Of a stretch of DNA of 64,000 bases, positions 56,628 to 64,000 are shown piece by piece (position 1 is the first letter of the stretch; every line of letters begins with the position of its first letter). The notes beneath the pieces are model-generated. The model was not told the origin of the DNA. It made no database searches and worked only from the letters and a program-made list of their open reading frames with translations. The stretch lies in contig JAKMXF010000221.1 of assembly GCA_024704765.1 (NCBI GenBank), forward strand, positions 62,001-126,000. The letters run 5' to 3'. The stretch is from Oopsacas minuta. Lineage: Eukaryota; Animalia; Porifera. The position numbers were made by a program, and so were the translations under genes.

Positions 56628-59600
56628 ATGGATCAATACTGTCAGTGTTGTAACACTCATTTCCTACAGCAAGAACTGTTCCTCTCCCCTTGTTCCTGTA
56701 CCACCTCTCTTCCAGTCTCAAACCCCTTTACTCAACCTCGTCTTCCCTCTCCCTCCCCCTCTCTAACCCTCCCTCCTAATATACCAGCTCACGACCAGTT
56801 AGCGAGTATTGAGGAGTCAGGCATACAAGGTTCCTACGATGCTGACGCTATAATGAGAGACTTCCCTTCTAATATGGATATAAATAGAGGTTCTGATAAC
56901 AACGAGACTCCTCTCACTATAGCAGCAGCTGGAGGACATAACGATTTAGTACAGCTCCTGATTGATAGAAAATCTGACATAGAGCACAAAGACAAGAAGG
57001 GACAAACCCCGCTCCTCCTGGCTTCTTATCAGGGACACCACTCCACCGTTCGTATTCTGCTAGACAGCGGAGCTGATATAGAAGCTCAGTCTGATAGAAC
57101 CAAGGATACAGCTCTAGCTGTTGCATGTTCAGCTGGAAGATTAGAAGTTGTAGAAATATTGGTTGCTAGGAATGCTAATCAAGAACATAGGAACTTATCA
57201 GATTACACACCCCTGAGTCTAGCAGCTTCTGCTGGCCACGTGGGGATTATTCGACTACTATTGGATCATGGAGCTGACATAAACTCACGGTCAGGCTCTA
57301 AGCTCGGCATATCTCCACTCATGTTAGCCTCAATGAATGGACACGTACAAGCAGTGCAGATACTACTAGACAGAGGATCTGATGTTAATGCTCAGATAGA
57401 GACCAATAGGAATACAGCTCTCACACTAGCATGTTTCCAGGGGAAGCATGAAGTAGTCACTCTTCTATTAGATAGGAAAGCTAATCTGGAGCATCGTGCT
57501 AAGACCGGACTCACTCCACTGATGGAGGCAGCGAGTGGAGGACACTACGAGGTGGGACGGCTCCTGTTAGACCATGATGCAGACGTAAACGCCCCTCCTG
57601 TCCCCTCCTCCAAAGACACCGCTCTAACTATAGCAGCTGACAAGGGTCACGCTAAATTCGTGGAGCTCTTAGTTTCAAGAGGTGCTGATATTGAAGTGAA
57701 GAATAAGAAAGGGAACTCTCCTCTCTGGCTAGCTTGCCACGGAGGACATCTTGACGTCATCAGGATAATGGTTGAGAATTCAGTAGATGTGAATAGTATG
57801 GATAATCGTAAAGTGTCCTGTCTAATGATTGCCTTCAGACGAGGACATATACATGTCACTGAATACTTGGTGTTACAGGTCACTCAATTCCCTTCTGATT
57901 CTGATTGTAATAAACATCTGAGTTCTCTGCAAGATAAGCCGGAATATAGAAATAAGTGTAAAGAGTGTTTGGACATTATAACGCTAGCTAAAGAGAGACA
58001 AACTGAAGAGGCTAATAAACAGGCTAATAGCTTGATGCAGCAGATAGACTTAGAGAAACAAATGGAAGAGAATAGAAGAGTACAAGCTGCTAAGAAGAGA
58101 GCTAAGAAGAAGAAGCAGAAAGAAAAGAAAAAATTAACATTTATTTCGAGTGAAGAGGGACATTGTGAGGGGGACAGTGAGTCTCTAACAGAGTCCTACT
58201 CCGATCTGAAAGAGGTGGGGGCTTGCCCTATGGGAAAGGGGACTGATATCAGAAGCAGGTCCAGTTCTAGCGAGGAGAATATGAGTCCTCTTATTTCTAA
58301 GACACCTACACTTGGATTGGAGCGGAAGACAAGCGCAGATAATACACTAGTTAGATCTGAATCTCCTGCTCCTGGAAATATTACACAGAATAGGTCTAAA
58401 GCTAGTTCTAGTAGCAGTCCTAACTCTGGCCCCACCACGCCTACAGACCCATCTCCCTGCTCAGATTCCCCAACAGACAGACCTGCCCTCCCTTCTCCCA
58501 GACGCTCTCGTAAAGAGGAAGGCTGGAAAGAAGTAGTGAAGAAATCAAAGAAGATAATAATACAATCAGATGCTGTGAGTCGTGTAATAGGACGTGCTGG
58601 GTATAACATTAATGCTATACGAGAAGCTTCTAAAGCTCACATAGAACTTGATAAGAATGCCAGACCAGGTTTAAATGCTACTATTACTATACGAGGATCA
58701 GCCGACGCTATAAAACTAGCTAACAAGTATATTACTGCTCTCGTTAATGATCCACATGCTACTATAGCAGATATACTACCTATGGGGTCTTATAAGAAGA
58801 CTGAAGCTACGAGAGGTCCTTCTGCTATCACTGCCTCACCAATTACCTCTCAACCAACCCCCGAGCCACAAACTAACTCCACCACTCTCCGTTCTAGACA
58901 GGGACTACTTCCTACACCTAAGAACCAGGGATTATTACCAGCACCTAGTTTATACTCCACTCACACTCCGAACTCAACTTCAAACTCTAAGATATCTCAT
59001 CCACCCCCCACTTGGAAACAGGGCCCCCTACAAGACGTCCCTGCTGGCTCTAAGCCTAAGATCTCTCCTGCTTCTCTCCCGCCAGTCAAACCAAACTCTC
59101 AACCGATCCAATCCTCCTCTCCTGTCAAGCCATCTCTCCCTCTTAAAGTGCCTCCAGACAGCAAACACAAGTCTGTATCTGTTCCTTACACTCCTACTGA
59201 TAAACCTAATGAAGTGTCAGGTAATTCTCAACCAGTGAGTGACTGTAAATCTCCTCCCTTTCTTATGAGCCCTGCTGATACACAGTCTCCTCATAACCAA
59301 TGGAAAACTAAACCTACCAATTCATGCCCCTCCATTGGATCGCCAATAGAATCCAAATGCAATTTGCCAGTCATTTCAGTAGCATTGGGTACATCTCTAA
59401 CTTCCCCTGAGAAAACACGTAGCGTAGAGACACAAGCCAACAAATGGAATGCAGAGATTGATGATAAACCTGAATCTAAAGCCAAAGAGACACAAAACCC
59501 TCCTTGTCCACGTGATCTAGGTCCCATTGGCCCTCCGGCTAAGAAATCATCTCAATTACCCCTGGTCCCCTCCCAACACAACACAGAGCTCCCTCTCATG

Positions 59601-60635
59601 AGAGAACACCAGGTGCCTGCTAAAGCTCTGCCGGTGGAATCATGGAAAAGAAAACTCTCTCTTAATATGGAAGACTCCCGACCAACAGGTTACCATGGCA
59701 GGTCAGCAGAAATGCAATCGTGTGTAAATCCTACTAATCACCCTCCACCCTCTCTCCCTGTTCCACACCCAAACAGAATGGTACCCTATCCACTCCCATA
59801 TGACCTACCTCCTGTATCCAACCTCTCAGCTGATTGTCCCTCCTTCATTCCAAGTGACCACGTACTGATCCATGCTCAGACTCTTGCTAACGAGAATATG
59901 ATCCTTCCTAACATACCTCCTGTCCCCCCTATGCTACCCCAGCCTCCCCCAGAGATGCAGGAAGGTATTCACGGATACGTGATGAACTCTCAAATGCATC
60001 CTCCTCCTCCTCACATTCAGGTTATGGAGGTTAGCTATCCTCATCCCCGTAGACGCGAGTCATATAACCCAGACAGTGAGTCACACTACATAAAGTCAGA
60101 TTCTATGTGGAATGATGCTTTTGAGTATAATGAGTACTCAGGTATGAATCGAGCTAATGACAGTACAGATGATATTCCTACTTACTTCTTGCCTCAGGGG
60201 ATTACTAATGATAAGACTATAGATGAGCCTGTTCAGAGAGAAGATGTACCTCAAGCTGCTACAGGTATCAAGCGGACACCTGGTCCTGTTGGTGCAGAGA
60301 GAAATCAATATCATAAACGTACTTCCTCTCTCCCAAACAACCTTCCTTCCATGAAACAGTCTGAGACAGGGGGTGAGGCAGAGGATGAGGGAGGTAGTGG
60401 ATCAGAGAAAGGCGAGGACAGCCAGATTACTGTATTACTAGTTGCTATTGGGCTTGAGAGGTATGTCGGTCTGTTTGAGAAGCACGAGATAGACGAGTCT
60501 GCTCTCCTCCTTATGAATGATGAAGACTTCTTAGAGATAGGTTTACCTGAAGTTGCTATTTGTAAACTCAAAGAAGTTCTCTCGAATTGTGATGGGGATA
60601 CCTCAACACCAACTCTATTGTCCTCTGAGACATAG
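56628..60635 (+). CDS. ANKHD1: Mask/ANKHD1-ANKRD17-like protein (ankyrin cluster, KH, Pro-rich region, C-terminal SAM), single ORF
   Basis: ~10 ANK repeats matching the Mask second cluster (HRNLSDYTPLSLAASAG, SKLGISPLMLASMNGH, NAQIETNRNTALTLACFQG, HRAKTGLTPLMEAASGG); KH VSRVIGRAGYNINAIRE; SAM-like GLERYVGLFEKHEID..ALLLM..EDFLEIGL. Confidence 0.9.
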   Translation: MDQYCQCCNTHFLQQELFLSPCSCTTSLPVSNPFTQPRLPSPSPSLTLPPNIPAHDQLASIEESGIQGSYDADAIMRDFPSNMDINRGSDNNETPLTIAAAGGHNDLVQLLIDRKSDIEHKDKKGQTPLLLASYQGHHSTVRILLDSGADIEAQSDRTKDTALAVACSAGRLEVVEILVARNANQEHRNLSDYTPLSLAASAGHVGIIRLLLDHGADINSRSGSKLGISPLMLASMNGHVQAVQILLDRGSDVNAQIETNRNTALTLACFQGKHEVVTLLLDRKANLEHRAKTGLTPLMEAASGGHYEVGRLLLDHDADVNAPPVPSSKDTALTIAADKGHAKFVELLVSRGADIEVKNKKGNSPLWLACHGGHLDVIRIMVENSVDVNSMDNRKVSCLMIAFRRGHIHVTEYLVLQVTQFPSDSDCNKHLSSLQDKPEYRNKCKECLDIITLAKERQTEEANKQANSLMQQIDLEKQMEENRRVQAAKKRAKKKKQKEKKKLTFISSEEGHCEGDSESLTESYSDLKEVGACPMGKGTDIRSRSSSSEENMSPLISKTPTLGLERKTSADNTLVRSESPAPGNITQNRSKASSSSSPNSGPTTPTDPSPCSDSPTDRPALPSPRRSRKEEGWKEVVKKSKKIIIQSDAVSRVIGRAGYNINAIREASKAHIELDKNARPGLNATITIRGSADAIKLANKYITALVNDPHATIADILPMGSYKKTEATRGPSAITASPITSQPTPEPQTNSTTLRSRQGLLPTPKNQGLLPAPSLYSTHTPNSTSNSKISHPPPTWKQGPLQDVPAGSKPKISPASLPPVKPNSQPIQSSSPVKPSLPLKVPPDSKHKSVSVPYTPTDKPNEVSGNSQPVSDCKSPPFLMSPADTQSPHNQWKTKPTNSCPSIGSPIESKCNLPVISVALGTSLTSPEKTRSVETQANKWNAEIDDKPESKAKETQNPPCPRDLGPIGPPAKKSSQLPLVPSQHNTELPLMREHQVPAKALPVESWKRKLSLNMEDSRPTGYHGRSAEMQSCVNPTNHPPPSLPVPHPNRMVPYPLPYDLPPVSNLSADCPSFIPSDHVLIHAQTLANENMILPNIPPVPPMLPQPPPEMQEGIHGYVMNSQMHPPPPHIQVMEVSYPHPRRRESYNPDSESHYIKSDSMWNDAFEYNEYSGMNRANDSTDDIPTYFLPQGITNDKTIDEPVQREDVPQAATGIKRTPGPVGAERNQYHKRTSSLPNNLPSMKQSETGGEAEDEGGSGSEKGEDSQITVLLVAIGLERYVGLFEKHEIDESALLLMNDEDFLEIGLPEVAICKLKEVLSNCDGDTSTPTLLSSET

Positions 60636-61028
60636 CATGTCCCTTGTCCCCCTCTCTAGTTAGCTATTTGGGAGTACATGTGCTCTCTGACCTTACTGTA
60701 TACTACTGGACTATTCTTCATTAATGCTTCACTCCATCCAATCAATCAATTCTACTTTAAGCTACTTTATGGACTTGCTTTCTACCTGCTTTCATAGTTG
60801 CTTTATGGTTAAAGCTTGTTCGGTGGATGACGAGATGCCAATGACAAAGGCGTTAATTCTCTTATAATAGTTTCTAATTCAGGTGGGACCAGTGGGGGCG
60901 TATTTAAACTATATTGAGGTATAATAATTAGAACTACACTCTTGACTAAAATGGTGGAGTTTTAACTTTTAAGATATTTGTTATTAAATATACATTTAAT
61001 TCAGTTGGAAAGGTAGATAACATATAAT

Positions 61029-61760
61029 ATGCAACCCTCAGATCTCACAGACCCTCAGTATATACATGATATCAAAGATGACATAATCACATCATCTGTT
61101 CCTATAGCCTCTACTAGAGAGGATTGTTGTGAGTTGAGTATAGAGGACAATCTCCTTGATGAAGAAGAAGTACTCGATGTCAGGGCACTCAACAAGCTAT
61201 ATCACACTGATGAATTTGATCAAGGTAAGTATCTAAGACACGACTAAATACTCGTATTAATAATCTATGATCTTTGTATTTCAGGTAAAGAATTAAACTT
61301 ACATTCGAAAAAGAAAAGCATAAGAGTTGATTTGACATATGCACGTTCAGCTGGTCCCATTGTAGAGATGAGTGTCCGCAAACTGAACTGGAAATGCTAC
61401 AAGGCTCCTCTTATTTCTACTAACAGACTCCCGTGTTCGATACACTGGCATGGAATAACTCATGAGGAACATATTATCCCTAAAGGTGAATAAATTCAAA
61501 CTTATTAATCAACTTAGATATTACGTAATCACCCCCTGTAGGTTGCTATGTTAGTAAATTCTGTGGACTAGGCGAGCTCTGTTATAAGAAAAACTTGGCT
61601 CAAACTTTAAGCAGAATGAAGGAATTATTTCCTGATGAGTTCTCATTTCACCCAAATTGTTGGCTATTACCAGAACAGTATGAAGAGTTTTATGTACACA
61701 CACAGGAGCATCCTAAACCCAATAAATTCTATATTGTGAAACCTCATGAGGGCTCTCAAG
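61029..61760 (+). CDS. TTLL11: Tubulin polyglutamylase TTLL11-like, first three exons (partial)
   Basis: Exons 61029-61224, 61285-61484 and 61542-61760 give RKLNWK...RLPCSIHWHG...VSKFCG...RMKELFPDEFSFHPNCWLLP...YIVKPHEGSQG. No downstream exon was recognised in the window. Confidence 0.85.
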
Positions 61761-64000
61761 GTAAGTATTTATTGTACTCCATTTTTAACTACGTATTATT
61801 TCTCTCGAGTCACGTATCTATCACGGGGCCAGGTGTCATAATGACCCACGTTTACATTCCTGGATACCTTACTAGTTGTCAACCCAACCCTAAGTTCTAT
61901 ATTTATACCATAACTCCGAATTTCCATAGCAAACTGGTCGAGTGGTAGTTATGGTGCTGATAATATAATACACGTAGGCTTTATTTATTGATTTATACTT
62001 TCCTACGTCATCTAATCAAACCACTCTTCCATTATTTTGCTTTTCTGCGTTGGCTAAAGGTAATAGAACTTTAATCTACCAATAGACTGTGAAGGCTAAT
62101 TACGTATTTAATTTAAGGAGAAGTGCATTAATTCAATGATATTTGGAAATCAATTGACTTCTTAGATTTTGTGTGTAACACATGATCATGATCGGGCTAC
62201 GGCATGCAGAAACGGCTGAAGCAAAATTTCATAGTTTCGACAATGCAATGTCGGGCAATAGCTAAATGTATGAGAGAATTTGAATAATTGGGCTGGCTCC
62301 GCCGGACTGGACTCAAATTGCCCAATGTCCAGTTTATCGGTTGGCAAGTTTTAACTTGCTAACGGTGTGTCCTTACTAATATCTCTTGTTACAAGCATCC
62401 TTTCTTTATTTGAAATTATACGTATGTGTATTTCGATACTCCCCGAAATCTTATCGAGTTTGCTTGATAATTTTCCATAAAACAATACATGCGACAATGA
62501 CTGATTCATATATTTATCATAACAACTAAATAGGAGTTTAGGAATGTGTGTTTAGACTACAGAATTTCTATTTGCACACGTGTAACCGCAGTCCCTCTTA
62601 CTCACTTATTTGTACTCGACATTACATACAAGTCCTGACCTGAAACAAATTATTGCATGAGATCATGAGACTTGATTACGTGCATAAGCACTAATATGAC
62701 GCAACTATTTTCAATACATACCAGATTAACATATCGTAACTAGTGATTCACTGCTATGTTTTTTCATATAAATACTACAGCCAATTTAAATGATTATTAG
62801 CATTTATTTGCATTACAAATCACTTGTATTTGAATATGAAAGGTTTATCTTCTGTTCTGATAAATATCTGCGCTAAAAAGTCAGAGAGCAATGATAGAAA
62901 TACAGTAAAGAAACTACTCAAAGTAATAATCAAGAGAATATCCCATTCAAAGCATTCTGAGAGTAAGATACATACTTGTCCCTCTGCTCACCTTACTCCT
63001 CAACATATATCCTCTCCTTCAGAATTCAAACACTTGATTCACTGGCCATACGTACCAACTGTTGATGTTACTGTCAGTTCTTCTACTTCAAGCTAGTTGT
63101 AAAGAATTTCAAGTTTGCATGTTGCACAGCGCTGCGCTTTCTCTCTATTATATTATTAGTTTTCGCTTTTGCTACTGTACTATTCCGATGTACACATTTT
63201 ATCATACACTTGTTTGCGTGCTTTTTACATCATGATTAAACTCATACTTCGATAATAATAATCTCTTTATTAACACGCTGTATAATGACATGCTACAAAG
63301 GTGTACTATAGTAGGGGGGTATTCGGGGCTGTCCATTAAGGTTCGCATGATAGTAAGTAGAATACATACAAATAATAGCTTTATCACGTTTGAAATCAGT
63401 ATTACAAAGCACATCCCTACAACACACATGATTGCTAATATCATAAATTAGATAATTTATTATTACCCCCACATACAAACATACATCTACCGTATATACG
63501 TATATCATTGTAGGTTTTGCTGGTTGCACTGCCGCTAGAAAACAATACACGATAGTCATCACAATGCTGATTTTGTTTCCAATTTTCTAGGTATAGCACC
63601 AATGATGTGGTTGCGACATGTATACTTTGGTAAATCATGTTGTTTGATAAAAGAAGGTAGCTTGAACCCTGACATAGAGTATCTTCATGATATATCACAA
63701 TATTATTATTATGAGTTAGAAACAAATCTAGATAGATGTTTGGTTTATAACCAGAAATTGTTGTTTCTTATTTGTGGTAAAAGTTTATACAACTACCTAT
63801 AAGTCTACATGCTATGTATACGTATATACGTATTGTTTAAAATATATTTGGGGCAGGCGATTCAGTATTTATTCGTTTAACAATTATTATTTTGCAACTA
63901 TACTTTATCAGCCTGTGTCAGAAAGTACACTTCCAAGTTTACAGCATAGATATTTTTCCTACGCTATAACATAATATAATCTGTTTTTGATAAGGTATCT

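Noticed and set aside
62824-63096. 90-aa + strand ORF as a TTLL11 exon
   Set aside because: It lacks the expected next TTLL motifs (GIYL, VVQEY, KFDIRLYV) and starts at a non-ATG codon.

Overview
AT-rich, gene-dense animal genomic DNA with very short GT-AG introns (mostly ~50-130 bp) and many intronless genes. I infer a sponge, possibly a glass sponge (Hexactinellida); this is not proven. About 30 protein-coding genes can be modelled: SFXN, RPL32, BBS7, a Tpt1-like/LRR fusion, a double-PH protein, XRN1, LTV1, Argonaute, LACTB, HAP2/GCS1, CHCHD7, a TRAF-like gene, UBA5, an E-protein bHLH, a Ser/Arg-rich gene, CHAC, CIAO1, PAPSS, NDUFA7, an SLC35A4-uORF-like microprotein, EI24, MMTAG2, EFCAB11, TMEM144, SLC35C1, PECR, GINS1, a receptor tyrosine kinase with a facing pseudogene, a Mask/ANKHD1-like gene and a partial TTLL11. 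Several MITEs and long hairpins are also present. Main observations: (1) an intronless gamete-fusogen HAP2/GCS1 gene lies on the same strand inside a 3.3-kb intron of mitochondrial LACTB, starting 73 bp after the splice donor; (2) a homolog of the human SLC35A4 uORF microprotein is joined to EI24 by a TAATG stop/start overlap; (3) a Tpt1/KptA RNA-binding lobe is fused to an LRR domain, visible only after exon assembly; (4) same-strand gene runs are packed like operons and have splice-acceptor-like sites just upstream of most ATGs, suggesting polycistronic transcription resolved by trans-splicing; (5) two more intronless genes are nested antisense in introns. All homology calls rest on motif recognition from memory, not database searches.
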